DNA from: the human T2T-CHM13v2.0 reference genome, Homo sapiens
Reading direction: 5' to 3' (one strand)
Assembly: GCF_009914755.1 (NCBI RefSeq)
Contig: NC_060938.1
DNA: 64,000 nt
Positions 1 through 19,720 of this stretch are shown one piece after another; the stretch's first letter is position 1, and every line of letters begins with the position of its first letter. The notes beneath the pieces were generated by a model, which was not told the origin of the DNA, searched no databases, and was given only the letters and a program-made list of their open reading frames with translations. A program made the translations under genes and the position numbers.

Positions 1-850
1 TACACGCGTTTTCTACTTGGGGTTATTCAGGGTCGGCATTCCAGTTGTTGGAAGCAGATCCTCAGCTGAGTGGCCTCTTTTGTAACCAGGGCCGTAGGTC
101 TGAGCATTTCTTTTTGCAGTAGAAATGGGCTCTGTGATGAGTCACACCAGTGGCTGGACAGAAGGGAGACTTGGCTGAAGAAGCAAGTCTTCCTGAGTGG
201 GTCTAGGGCAGCCACGGCCAGACCCTCACACAGAGACAGCCCCAGAAAGAGTGGCCCGTGGCAGGTGTGGGAGGCTCCTGGAGCATACTCACCGTCTGGG
301 AGGGTTACATCTCTGGACATCAAGGTGGGAGCACACAGCTTGGCATGCACCCAGGGGCCTGGGCAGACCTTCACACTCACCTTGGAAGAGATGAGCGAGC
401 AGCCATTCCCGCTGGCCCAGGACATTCACACCATGGGAATTCCCAAGGGCTCTGTCCTAAGAGATCTGATCTGAAATCCAAGCTCAGCCTGAAAAGAAAT
501 TGGCCCAAGTCATCCTAGTCCAGTCCCCACTAGGTGCTAGTTCCCAGCCCAGAGTCCAGGACAAGCACTCATTCCTACACTCCTGCTGGGAACCAGGAGA
601 GAGACTTACACACCAGGAGACAGAATGAGTTATGCAAAGTCCCAGGGGCGGCCTTTCAGGGTGGTCAGGATGAACCAGGAACTCGCAAACAAGCTGAAGA
701 AGGCACAGCAGAGAAGCCGATGAAGACTCACACTGAGAAAACACTTAGGGGGATGTGTCACCGGCACCGTGCCAAGCGCTGCATCATCCACCAACTCAGA
801 TCTTTGAAGCAATGCCTTAAGGGCACTGGGGCATTAGGCTGCTCAGCGGG

Positions 851-935
851 CAGATGAGCAAACGGAGGCTCAGAAAGCGGAAGTGACTTTCCTGTTAGCA
901 CGCAGCTATTAAGTGCAGAGCCGAGATTCAAACAA
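851..935 (+). mobile_element. MIR fragment
   Basis: GAGGCTCAGAAAGCGGAAGTGACTT...GCAGAGCCGAGATTCAAAC resembles the MIR core. Confidence 0.7.
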
Positions 936-954
936 AGTCAAGAATGAGGTACAA

Positions 955-1590
<636 letters not shown>

Positions 1591-1753
1591 GACAAACCTG
1601 ACTTGGAAGAGTCCAGGCTGTGTTTCAGTTGTGTGGGGAGTGGGGGTGGGGAGGCGGTGTTTTGGTAGGGGGTGATGAGGGGATGATGGCTGGCACTGTG
1701 AGGTGATGGCTGAGCAGGTAGGAAGGTGTGGTGAGAAGCAATGCCTTTCCTAG

Positions 1754-2417
<664 letters not shown>

Positions 2418-2585
2418 TTTTTTTTTTTTTTTTCTTTTTTTGAAACAGAATCTCACTCTGTCCCCCAAGCTAGAGTGCAGTGGTGCAGTCACGGCTCACT
2501 GTAGTCTTGACCTCCTGGGCTCAAGCAATCCTCCTGCCTCAGCCTCCCAAAGTACTGGGATTATAGGCATGAGCCACCACACTTG
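2418..2585 (-). mobile_element. Alu monomer (FRAM/FAM-like)
   Basis: Single arm with J-type GGGCTCAAGC motif. Confidence 0.85.
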
Positions 2586-2792
2586 ATCATCTTTTTCCTA
2601 GACCTGACAGCCAGCAGGAGAGGCTGGGTACCCTGGCTGGTTCTCTGCGTGCACACGTGATTGAGTTCTACCAGTCTGGGCCTGTCCTTGCAATGCTGGG
2701 GGCAGGTGAGAGTAGGGAGGGGACAGAATTGGACCAGATGTGTCCTAGATATGCACAGAGAAGGTGCAGGTAGCTGGTGACAGGGACTTAAA

Positions 2793-2820
2793 TGTGTGTG
2801 TGTGTGTGTGTGTGTGTGTG
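2793..2820. repeat. (TG)n microsatellite
   Basis: ~14 TG units. Confidence 0.95.
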
Positions 2821-2862
2821 CCAAGTTCAGAGGGGAAGGTGCCCTGCTTAAAAATAAGAGTG

Positions 2863-3883
<1,021 letters not shown>

Positions 3884-3898
3884 ATTTAAATAATAGCA

Positions 3899-4535
<637 letters not shown>

Positions 4536-5282
4536 ATAATGGGTGCTTTCTATGGGCCAGTGTTCCAGTGGCAAGGGAACATGAATGGCATGGGTGTAGC
4601 AGGAGGCAGGTGGCTTGTGTGGAGAGCATGTGAGGTGGGCCAGTGTGGCCATGCACACATGAAAAGAGAGAAGCTGTGGTCCTGTGGTGAGAAGGAGGAA
4701 GCAGCTGCCTTCCCTCTGGGCTCCTCTCTTGACATCACATCCTGCCTTGGAGGAGGAGCCCAATGAAGACAGCATCTAGAGATGATTTGGGTTGAGGATC
4801 CCATGTTGATCAGAATTCACCAGGCCTTTCAATGCTCACTTCCTCCCCAGGAGGTGAGCTCGAACTTCGGACCCTCAGATGAATCACAGAGACCACACGT
4901 GGAGACCCATCTCCCTGTTTTGTAATCTCCATGCATTCGTAGCCAATCTCCCAGCCACACCTTCTCAAGTCCTGATAGCCATTCGCAGTCTCCCCAGCCT
5001 CCACTAGCAAAGGAGAGATGAGAGGGCTCCCAGCCCATGGCCCTGAGGAGGGTGAGGACTGGGCCAGACACCTTGGGCTAATCGATAAGGAGCCTCTTGA
5101 AATACCCTCGTCACTTCCTGGCTGTGTGCTGAGCCACTCTAGGGGAAGAGGGATTCTCAGACAACCCTTGGGCCAGGCACTTGGATCTTGACTGGAATAA
5201 TTAGACACAGAGCCAACAATGATGTCATGCCTCTGCAGAAGAAAGAAGGATGACTTTGAGCAAGGTGCTTACCTTGGCCTCA

Positions 5283-5562
<280 letters not shown>

Positions 5563-5574
5563 CTAAGAAGAATA

Positions 5575-6390
<816 letters not shown>

Positions 6391-6569
6391 GTAATCTTTC
6401 AGCAGCATCTCTCCAAGTTGGGCTGTGAGAGAGGTATTGAGCACATGGAGAGGTAGAATCTGCCAGTTTATACCTATAGTCTAGCCAAAGAAACCCATAG
6501 CCCCAGCATATCTCTTCTGCCATGTGCTTTGACAATCTCGTAGTCAGCCTTATAGAGGGGACCTCACCT

Positions 6570-7200
<631 letters not shown>

Positions 7201-7545
7201 TCACCTAACCCAACCCGTGGCCCATGCCAGCATGCACATTTTTCAAGCTCAAATTTGACAGCCTTGAAAAAGAATGTCTTTGTGCCCAGCCACATATTAC
7301 CCCAGGAAATAGCATGGACTCTGCATTCAATACTTGCCTCCATGATGGGAGATCTGCATCCCCTGGCACTGGGATTACAGGGACCTGGGGCTTAGAATAG
7401 CCCATCTGCCCTGTTGATCCTTCTACTACCTCAAGCTGCTGACAGGAGAAACCAGCCCCAGCCACAGGGCCAAGGAAGACTTGGGTCTTAGTGTCACTGG
7501 TTGCTATACATGCAGTACCTGAGTTCTTCAATCAGTGTTCCACTC

Positions 7546-7926
7546 TGCTATGAACTGAATTGTGTCCTCCCAAAATATTTGTATGTTGAAGCCTTTAACC
7601 CCAATGTGACTATATTTGGAGATAGGGCCTTTGGGAGGTAATTAAGGTTAAATGAAGTCATAAAGGTGAGGCCCTAATCCAAAAGGATCGGTAGCCTTAA
7701 AAGAAGGGGAAAAGATACTCTGCTCTTGACATGCACAGAGGAAACAGTGTGGGCAGACAGTGAGGAGGCAGCCATCCACAAGCCAGGAAGGGAGCCCTCA
7801 CCAGGACCCAATCCTGCTGGCCCCCTGCTCTTGGACTTCCATCCTTTGGAACTGTGAGAAAATAAGTTTCTGTTGTTTAAGCCATGCAGTCTATGATGTT
7901 TTGTTATGGTAGCCCAAGCTAAGACA
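7546..7926 (+). mobile_element. MLT1A-like solo LTR, complete
   Basis: TG...CA ends, MLT1A-type body, 5-bp TSD CACTC (7541-7545, 7927-7931). Confidence 0.88.
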
Positions 7927-7989
7927 CACTCCCCGCATATACTGCCTTCTGAGGGGGTGGGGAAATAATTCTTATCAATGATTCTCAGC

Positions 7990-8175
7990 AGTGACCATGC
8001 GCCTGGCATTCTCCTAAGCACTTTCCATACCTTAGCTCATGGAATCCTCATAACAACCCTGTGAAGTAGGTAGCATTACAATCTTTATACAGGTGAGGAA
8101 ACTGAGGCACAGAGAGGTTATGGAACCAAGGCCACACTGTAATACTGTAAAACTAGATTCAAACCCCAGCAGTCC
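7990..8175 (+). mobile_element. MIR
   Basis: AATCCTCATAACAACCCTGTGAAGTAGG..GAGGAAACTGAGGCACAGAGAGGTTA. Confidence 0.85.
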
Positions 8176-8483
8176 TCAATACTGAGGAACTGAGAGAAGC
8201 GATAATGAAAAGACCACCCCCCATCACCCAAAAGAATCAGCAGGAAGGAACGATGTGACTGTTCCGCCCTGCATTTAGACACCTGGCAATGCTCTACTGT
8301 GAAATGGACTCAGGTTACTACAGTCCACAAGGAAGTGATCTGTCCCCATGTCCCCTCCAGGGAGATGCCCCTTGCATTGTAACTGTGTGACCCTGCCTAA
8401 GTCACACCATGAAAAATAGGTGGATGACATGCCAGCTCAAACTCTTCCCATTATTCCTGTAGTTCTAAAAACACATAGGCAAT

Positions 8484-9104
<621 letters not shown>

Positions 9105-10135
9105 TCAGGGCCTGGTACAGATTCCAATTTGGCCCTGAGGAGGGCAGCAGAATCTGCTTTGTGCCCACAAATCCCCAGGAGCTGACCCAGGGCTCACCCC
9201 CAGGCCCAGTCCCTTCCAGACCTTTCCGGTAGCTTCATCCAACCCTAGTGGCCAAATACCTTGACTTTATGACCTGGACTGGCTCCCCAAAGTCCTTGTC
9301 TGATAGGACATTGACTCCTTCCAAGACTCAGCTCCTTGTTTCCAGCAGTCCCCAGTACCTGGGACTCTGGGCTCAGAGGGAAATGGTGGGTTTTAGCCCC
9401 CTGGGGGGATGGACTGAGATTGAGTGAGGCTCAGAGGTTAGAACCGAGGGCTCAGCCAGTGTGGGGCTTCTGGGGTCTCCTTGTGATGGCACTCGTGATC
9501 CACCAGGTGTCGCTGCGCAGCCAGTGGGATGAGGGGTGGTGGCAGGAGGACCTTCTCCAGCACCCACCCTAGGGACTGGGGAAGTAAAGGCGGGAGGCTG
9601 GGGTGGAGCAGAGCAGTGGTCCTATCCCCCTAGCCTCAAGGCCAGCAGAAGCACCCCCGAGAAGGTGCATGTCCTGGTCTATAAGCCTGAGGACAGAGGC
9701 GGCCTCCATCAAAGGCCTGAAATGAGTGGAGGGTGATGTGGAAGGACAGATCACACCTTCTCATCCCAGCAAGCCACTGGGTGGGACAGCAGGCACCCCC
9801 ACCCTTACCACCCACCCCCACACCCCTGTCCAGGAGCTCAGCCCAGCTTCCTGGGGTCCTGCCTGGGGGCCACTCCTTAGCCCCCACCCATAGAAGGTGT
9901 TAGTGGGCCAGGTAGACTACACGGCCACCAGGGAGACTTTGGTGTCTCATTAGCTCCAGATCAAGCAAACCTAGTTCAAAGTCAGGCAGCACTGGGAGCT
10001 TCCAACTGGCCATTTCCAGCCTAATCTAAAGGCTTGTCACTCAGAAACCAGCAGACCCCACGCCCAACACTGGCTTCCTTCCCATCTCCTCGGGCTGGGA
10101 AGGGAGCATGGAAAAAGCGCTTGTTTTTGTCCTCA

Positions 10136-10587
<452 letters not shown>

Positions 10588-11100
10588 TCACCCTGCAGAT
10601 CCCAGAGGTGGAGTTACAGTTCTGGCATTTCTGGTTCCCCAGGTGGGCCTCAGGGAGGAAAGGTCTGAAAGAGGAGAGGCAAGGAGAGAAGCCAGGGTGG
10701 AGCCTGCCCTCCTCCACCTGACACCCCCAACCAGGCCTGGGGCTCGGTGCCTCCAGCTCCAAGTCCTCCCCTCTCCAACAGCCACTTAAAGGCCTCCCTC
10801 TGGCTCTTCTCAGAGAAGAAAATCAAAAGAAGGAGAGAGGGAGGAAAGGCAGTAGTTCAGGGCATGGATTCAAATCTGCATGTAGGAGATGGAAAAGCAA
10901 GGTAGGAGATGGGCAGAGACACAGGAAGAGCAGGAGATGTAGGGTGTGGCCTTAGCACTTGCTGGGAGGTAGGGGTGGGACAACTGAGTGAGGAGCTGGC
11001 TTAGAGAGCAGACTGTGGAGTTTAGTCCTGATGGTGGTTTCTGAAAGTGTCATGGGGTTGGTGGATGCATGTAACCAAACAATTCTGTTAGCCTAACTCA

Positions 11101-12050
<950 letters not shown>

Positions 12051-12353
12051 GAGGGGCCCCACAGGCCTCTTATTGTACAGAAAGGGAGAAGATAAGGTCC
12101 AAGGGGTTGAATCACATGCTCTGGTCACTCAGTGAGAGAACACCTTAATAAAATTTGCCACGAGGCTTGTCTTGGCTGATATGTGAGTTCCCAGAGGTCA
12201 CAGGCAGAAGCGCCGTGGAAATGGAATATCGGCACGGGAACTTAGGTTTCTCCTCCGCCTGTGGCAGCGCTGGAGAAGATGGTGGCACCTGGTGCCATGA
12301 CTGCGTGCATGATGATCATCAGGGAGCAATGATGGGAAGTGTCTAAGGGTTAG

Positions 12354-12850
<497 letters not shown>

Positions 12851-14703
12851 AAAGATGCGTCCTTATGATCATTCTCTGCTTGCATCCTCACCAGTGGATC
12901 CCAGCAAGCCCACTTCAGCTCAGAGACCTCTGCTAGGGCCCAGAGCCCATCCTTTGGAGATTCCCATCTCACAGGCTTTGTGGTTACTGACTGACTTTGT
13001 AATTCCCAAACCTGACCAGCAGGCAGTTCATATGGAAGTTCTTGCCACCTCCTGGTGAAAACAAGGACTGCGGGCAAATTGCTTGGTGTCCTGCTTTGTC
13101 CTGAGGCTGGAGCAAGGGGCATGGGTGGGCTGGGAGCCTTGGGCAAGAGGCTGATGCGTCGTGAGTGGTGAGGCTGGTGTCCGTGGGACACAGTGCTGTG
13201 TACTCTCCCGCCTTGAGACTGTTTACGATTTGCCAGACTCTTGTGGTGCTATCCAAAATAATGCATCCAGTAGAGCGTTCCTGCCTTGGGGAGCTTGCAT
13301 TAGGCTGCTGACATTCCCACAAAGAGCTATTTTTTTGTGCCACTTACTTTTATTTTTGTCATTTGCTTTACTCTCTTAATTTCCACTCTACCTCCCAACC
13401 CCCAACCCCTGTTCCCACCCATATCATTGCCTGTTAAAAGCAGCGGGAATTCTGAAGCCAGCCTTGTCCTCATTTAGGATGAGGACCTGAGCACAGAGGG
13501 ATATTTTTCTTGTGGCAGCTGTGAGCTTTGCCAACCCCACTGAATTCAGGCTGGCCACAGCTCATCCCATGAGGCCAGGTATAGAGCCTTTCCTAGCAAC
13601 AGTTGCAGAATCACAGCAGAGAGCGCTCCTGGGATCTGGCCCCCAGGGTTGGTCCATTTAAAGAAGCCACACTTGAGCCTGAGCATAGCAGAGCTAGTGA
13701 GAGAAGAGTGTTGGCTCCATGCTGGCACGGGGCCTGCCTGTCCCTCCACCCCTTCAAGAACCCGTGACAAACAACCTTGCCTGGTGCCCAAGTGCCTGCC
13801 AAGCCCTGTCATATTAAAACCCTGGAAGACTCAGCAAGGAGTCCAATTTCAGCCCAGCAGGTGGGGAAACCAAGGCAATAAGAGCCCAATGTGACCAAGG
13901 TCACACACAGCTCTGGCTACAAGGCCCCGGAGGCCGGGCATCCAGGGCTGCAGGCTAAGCACCGAGCACCCTCACCCTCACCCCAGCCAAGGCTCAGCTG
14001 GGCACAGAGGAGGAACAAACATCCCCCACGTCATTCAACAGCAGAGCCCAGAGAAAGGCCCAGCACTTCCCCTCCATGAATGCTATTGCTGGTCCCCTCC
14101 CTCCCCTGGCGGGAGGGGGGGATACAGAGGCACTGAGACTCCCTGGAGCCTCTTTGGCAAGTCATTTCCAAGCCAGGCAGCCTGATCTCAAGCAGCTCCC
14201 AGTTGAGTGCCTGAAACACCAGACATCAAAAACCTGGCAGGCCTGGGGAGAAGGGAAGATTAGATCATTACAGCAGAATGAAGCAAACCAAAAACCCAGA
14301 GAAGGCAGGAGGGACAGAGGCCAAGAATGTTTCAAGGCAACCTGAAACTCCTTCAGATGAGAGCGGCCCGTACAGTGGCAGCTTCCCCTACTGCCAGGAA
14401 AGCCTGGCGTGTCTCAGCCCCTTTTTGGGTGGAGTAGGGAGTGTACTGGTCCATACACGTGCGCTCGGAGGTGATGGGAACAGGAAGCATGTTCTGGTCT
14501 TCCATGTGCACACGCATTTGGACACATAAACGTGCATGCACAGGTGTCCAGGCCAGGCGTGTAAGCCCCCAGGAGTGCATGCGTGTGTTTGCGTGCAGTC
14601 TACAAACATGTTTTCACAAAGCTCAAGGAGAAGCAATCAGTCATCTCCAAGGAATCTTAGCAACAGCCATCCCCAGAAAAGGCTCCTGCCAGCTGGGGCA
14701 GCG

Positions 14704-14714
14704 ATGAGTCAGCA
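14704..14714. promoter_or_regulatory. ARE / CNC-sMaf (NRF2/BACH/NF-E2) motif
   Basis: ATGAGTCAGCA in a CpG-containing unique segment; motif match only. Confidence 0.45.
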
Positions 14715-15893
14715 GAGGCGTCGTGGGGGAGGCGGGAGGCGAGGCAGCCTCAGCCCTGGAGCCTGAGCCGGCCTCTCCCTTCTCCTGGGAAGGCCTCCAG
14801 ACCCGGCCTGGCCGCCACGCCTGGGTCACTGCTTTGGCACTGATGTCCGAGAACACATTCCTGGAACTGGCCAGCACAGGCGGCTGGAGGGTTTTTCCCT
14901 CCTCCTCTCTCTCCCTCTCACCCTCCTGTCCGGGCCCCACACCCGCCCTTTTATTTTTCCTTCTTGCTGCAAAACCAAAACACCGTGTTCACGAGTTCAG
15001 GCGCTGTAGCCAAGTGGCAGGAGCTGGCAGAGCAATTGGGAAACAGGAGCTGCCTGGCCCAAGCAGGCCAGGGGATGAGGACACCTCTGGCCAGCCACAG
15101 AGAGGGCCCTGCTAGGGCTTGCTGAGCCCTGGTTAAGTACTGCAGGGCAAAAATGTCATCGCCTGGGGCCCCAGGGAACCGGAGTTCAAGGTGGCAGCTC
15201 CCAGAGAAATGGCCTGTGTCTCTCTGCCCCAGTAGCAGAGCCCGAGGTCACTAGCAGAGGATGGCGGCTGGAAGGTGACCAAAGGAGCAGAGAACCACAA
15301 TTATTAATCATGAATCCATTGCCTGAGTGCATACACAGTCTTCAGAGCCACCTCAGGGTAGAATTATGTCCTTATACAGACAGGGAGGTGAAGGTGTGGG
15401 CAGGTGAAGGAATTTGGCACAAGGTCACGCAGCTAGCTTTTAGCCACGGAGCTTGATGGAATTAATCCAGCTTCGAGCTGACTTGGAGGCTTTAACTGAT
15501 GGGCCACACTGGCTTTTCTTCCTGGGCTGCAGCTACACAGTATGCCAGGATCGCAGCACTTACAAAAAATAAAATAAAATAAAAACAACAAAAAAAGAGC
15601 GAGTGCTGTCTCCTATCTCTCCCCCACCCGCATGCAAACAGATCTGGGGGAAGAGCCATCTGCAACCTCAGCAGCGGAGGTGGTGGCAGCGGCGTGGCAG
15701 GCGGCGGTGGCAGGGGCAGTAACAGCCCAGCCCGAATCCCTGGCCTCTTTACTGGAGGCAGGAAATGAATAAAAGCTAAATGAGTTTGAAAATGCCAGGA
15801 GGCAGTGTTTATCCCCTTCCCCCACCCCCTCCCCCTGGCAAGGACCGCGTATAGTTACAGTTTAATCTTGGAAATGCCAGACAGCTGTTCCCC

Positions 15894-15906
15894 GTTGCTA
15901 AGAGAC
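15894..15906. promoter_or_regulatory. RFX X-box
   Basis: GTTGCTAAGAGAC. Confidence 0.4.
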
Positions 15907-16426
15907 TGGCCCACATTATGCAGATGTCAGGGGCCTCAAATGTCTGCCGGAAATTACAGATCATGTTGGAAGAGCAGAGGGGCCTTCTCTTGACTGGGGA
16001 AGCGCAGTGGGAGACTCCTTGGGTGGATGGCAGAAATAAGGGGCCCACCCTTTCCGGGTCTCTTCCGAGGCTCTGAGGCTCCAGCCTGTCCCTCCTCCCA
16101 GCTCCCCGATGCCTTGGCTCCCACCCCAGGTTCCGGCCTCCATCCTTTGGCAACTGTGCCAATGGCCATGTCCACCCCCCACCTCCAGTGCTCCTTCTGG
16201 GACATCTTTCTTCAGTCCAGTGTCCCTGTCTGTCTTCCAGTCTTCCCAGCTGCTGCGATGCCACTGAGCTGGCTGGGTCCCAGCTGGGAGGAGGAGCAGA
16301 CCCCACTCGAGGAGGGTAGGATTCCACTCCATAAGCTCTCCTCACCTGGAGCGGAAAATGGGACACACTCACCACACTCACACCCTCCCTGTCATCCCCC
16401 ACCCCATGGAAAGCCAAAGGAGGGCT

Positions 16427-16440
16427 ATCACCATGGCAAC
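16427..16440. promoter_or_regulatory. RFX X-box
   Basis: ATCACCATGGCAAC (reverse complement GTTGCCATGGTGAT). Confidence 0.45.
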
Positions 16441-16953
16441 TGCAGGCTACACGAGCTGCTGCATCACTGGTCCCTGGGGAAGGGGAACTGCCATCTGGGC
16501 AGGGGGTTGGGGGAGGAGGAGGGGGAAGTCCTTTTCCAAACTGGAGCTCTAACATGAACCCTGATGGAAGGTGACGGGGGAATTCACCAGGGCTCTGGGC
16601 TGGGAGGGAAGCAGCTCAGGCTGGAGAGGGGCATGGGCAGGCTGCAGGGTGGTGCCCGGGGAGTCCATGGCAATGCATACGGTCTTCAGGATGACCCCCA
16701 GGTACCGTGGGGGTGGGGGAGGGTAGGCTGCGGCCCGGTGTGGAGTGGGTGCTGTGTGCCTACTGATTCCCTGAGAGCTCACAAGGTGCTTTGAGGACAG
16801 AAACTTTGTCACTACCTATGCATCCGGGTGGTATCTGCTCTCCCTGTTGCTAACTATGTGACCTTGGCCTTCTCCAGCTGGGGAGCCCAGCCATATAAAA
16901 TGAAGTCAGGTGGACTTTACATGCATGGGAAGTGGCTTTAACGATAAGAATGG

Positions 16954-17007
16954 CGTGTGTGTGTGTGTGTGTGTGTGTGTGCATGTGTGTCTGTGCGTGT
17001 GTATGTG
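16954..17007. repeat. (TG)n microsatellite, interrupted
   Basis: TG run with TGCA/TCTG/CGTG interruptions. Confidence 0.9.
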
Positions 17008-17254
17008 TTTACCCATATATGAAAGTGCTTTGGAGAAAGGTTCTTGGAAGCCCCATGAAAACGGGGCCTTATTACCATCCATCTGGTCTTCCCAGAAGAT
17101 GCTGATAAGGCTGCTGGCAGGGGAACACCATTTCAGAGCTTTCTTCCCAGGTACCTGGGGCCTTCTTCCCTGCAAAAAGACACCACCCTCAAACGCTGCC
17201 TTACTGACCTTGTGTCCTGACTCCTCGGGTCACCTCTCCCTCCCACCATTCCTA

Positions 17255-17590
17255 CAGCAACTGAGATGCTGGATGGGGAAATTGAGGTACAGAGACTTCC
17301 AAGACTTGCCCAAGCCATCATAAGCCATTAGCTAATCCCATACTCTCCTGCCTCAGCCCTTGCCTTGGGTTCAAACCCCAGGAGGACCACGACCTCTGGC
17401 CCTGGGAGATGAGAGCTAGACACCAGCGTTCCTCCTCCTATTAGCTATGTTAGCTTGGGAAAATAACCAAACCTCCTTAACTCTCATTTATGCTTCTGGA
17501 AACTGGAATGCCATGACCTATTAGGGTTGCTGTGAAGGATTAAATGAGATACAACATAAAACTTGCTGAGCTCCTGCTAAGCTCTCAATA
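17255..17590. mobile_element. MIR fragments (+ then -)
   Basis: GATGGGGAAATTGAGG..GACTTGCCCAAG; GGGTTGCTGTGAAGGATTAAATGAGATA. Confidence 0.7.
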
Positions 17591-17877
17591 CATTTGAGTT
17601 CTTTTATTAAGGAAAAGCTGGTTCCTGGGCACTAACTCCTTAGAAAGGTGACAGGCTTCAGCAGCTGGGGGACAAGGAGATTGTTCAGGCTGCATGCACA
17701 CCCACTCCTCACTCCTCCAGCACAGCGACCAGTTTCTGCCTCTTTGGAAGGTTCCAGAAGGGTTGTCCAGGACAGTGCAACTGGAAGAACTCAGGGCAGG
17801 TACCAGCCACAAAGTCCTGGGAGGTGGGGACGGGGCTTTTATCAGGGCCTCAGGGAAGACTCCCTCCCAGGAAAGGA

Positions 17878-18240
17878 GTGGACAGTAGAGGACGGTGGAG
17901 GATGGATGTCAGAGGGTGGTGGAGGATGAATGGCAGAGGGCGATGGAAGATGGACGGTGGAGGACAGTGGAGGATGAAGGGTGGAGGATGGTGGAGGATG
18001 GAGGGTGGAGGACGGTGGAGGATGGAGGGTGGAGGATGGTGGAGGATGGAGGGTGGAGGATGAAGGATGGAGGATGGAGGATGGAGGGTGGAAGGTGGAG
18101 GGTGGAGGATGGAGAGTGGAGGATGGTGGAGGGTGGAGGATGGAGAGTGGAGGATGGTGGAGGATGGAGGGTGGAGGATGGTAGAGGATGGACAGTGGAG
18201 GATGATGGAGGACAGCGGAGGATGGACAGTGGAGGATGGT
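17878..18240 (+). repeat. Purine-rich (TGGAGGA/TGGAGGG/TGG)n tandem repeat
   Basis: Degenerate 7-mer array with a ~24-bp higher-order unit. Confidence 0.9.
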
Positions 18241-18310
18241 ACCCCCCACTCGATAGAGTAGAAACTGCTGAGCCAGAAAGGATTTGTCTGTGGGGCAGGA
18301 GAGCCCCAAG

Positions 18311-18320
18311 GCTGAGTCAT
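18311..18320. promoter_or_regulatory. ARE/AP-1 motif
   Basis: GCTGAGTCAT (reverse complement ATGACTCAGC). Confidence 0.4.
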
Positions 18321-18394
18321 GACTGGCTCCAGGTTCATTCAGCCCCTCAGAGCCCACTGAGGCCTCTGCGTGTGGCGGGAGAAAGCAGCGCTCA

Positions 18395-18770
18395 ATCTCT
18401 GCCTTTGTTCTCCTCTCTCTCCCCAGGCCTCTCCCCACCCTCTCATCTCCCTTCCCCCAGCTCGCTCTCCTTCTCTCGCTCTCTTTCTCTCGCCCTCCTC
18501 CTCTTTCTCGCACTCTCCCACCAACCTCGGCTCCCTCCCCCTTCGTCCTTCCCTTGAAGCTGATTTCTTGCTTTCTCATCCTTTCTTCTGCCTCGGAGCT
18601 CACAACCACACAGGGCTGGCTTCCCTCCCCTCCTCCCTGTCCTCCCCTCTCCATCCGGCTGTCTTTCCCTCCCCTTCTCCATTTCCTCCCTCCTCCTTCT
18701 TCCCTCCTATTTCTCCTTTCTCCCCCAACCTTCTCACTCTCTCTCCCTCAATCTCTCTCTTCTTCCTTAA
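18395..18770 (+). repeat. CT-rich low-complexity tract
   Basis: Near-continuous polypyrimidine on the + strand. Confidence 0.85.
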
Positions 18771-19224
18771 AGGAGACAGTTCAAGCCCCCCAAAAAGCAA
18801 AACCAGGTCAAGATCATCCATCAAGCCCTCACCAGGCCTGGTCTGGGAAGTTGGGGTCTAGAGACCAAGGCCAGAGCTAAGCAGAAAATCAGAGTGGGCT
18901 TGGGGAGAGTTTGTTGGAGTCCAGCCCACCTCGTCCAACCCACCTCAACCAGCACCTGGAACCCTTTCCCCACCTGGGTCACCTGCTTCTCACAAACACC
19001 CGAGCTTGGCTTCCAGCTCCCTGCTGCATAAGCTTCCAGTAAGCCAGGAGATGTCTGAGTTCCTGACCCTCCCTGAGCATTCGGCTTACCTCCTTACTCT
19101 TTGCCCTGGTGCAGGGAATCAAGGCAAAAAGAAGGCAAGAAAGAAATCAGAAGCAATGATGACCTGCTTTGAACTGGAAGGAAAATGGCTGGGGGAGGAT
19201 TTGTACCATCTATGAGGTGCACAT

Positions 19225-19720
19225 CATGGTAGAAAAAACACAGCTTTAAAACCAGACAGGCTGAGTTTGAACCTTGAACCTGCTTCTTACTAGCCAACAA
19301 CCTTGAGCAAGACGCTCGCTGCGCCGCCGTGTCCACCTCTGTAAAATGGGGATAATGAAAACAGCACCGCCCTCCTGGGGCTGTTGTGAAGACGCAGTAA
19401 GAAAACGCATCGAAGTTCTTGGCACACAGCAGCTGCGCCTGAGCCCTAGTTCCTCCCTCAGAGAAAGGAAGGCTTCTTGCAGGAGATGGGGTTTGTTCTG
19501 AGTGTTGAAGGATGGATAATAATAGTAATCATACTTCTATTTTTGTTGACACCAGGCGCTATGCTAAGCACTTTGAATACATTGTTTCATTTAATCCCCC
19601 AGCAACTCTATGAGGCAGGTTTTTTTTTTTCCCTGTCCCTGTTTCACGGAATAAGCTGGTGAAGTTCAGAAAGGCTAGGCAATTTACCCCAAGTCACACA
19701 GCCAAATGGAGGAGAAAATT
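19225..19720. mobile_element. Two MIRs (- 19225-19430, + 19520-19720)
   Basis: CTGTAAAATGGGGATAAT; GCTAAGCACTTT..CCCAAGTCACACAGC. Confidence 0.75.

Noticed and set aside
9536-9736. Peptide PEKVHVLVY resembling PERMHVLVL of CHST4-type sulfotransferases
   Set aside because: The following SSWRSGSSF motif is absent; likely coincidence (tBLASTn would settle it)
15809-16557. Overlapping 248-aa (-) and 176-aa (+) ORFs
   Set aside because: GC-rich chance ORFs with P/G/S bias and no known homology
17842-18654. 220-270 aa ORFs rich in P/S/H or G/W/R
   Set aside because: Stop-free only because of the GGA tandem repeat and CT tract
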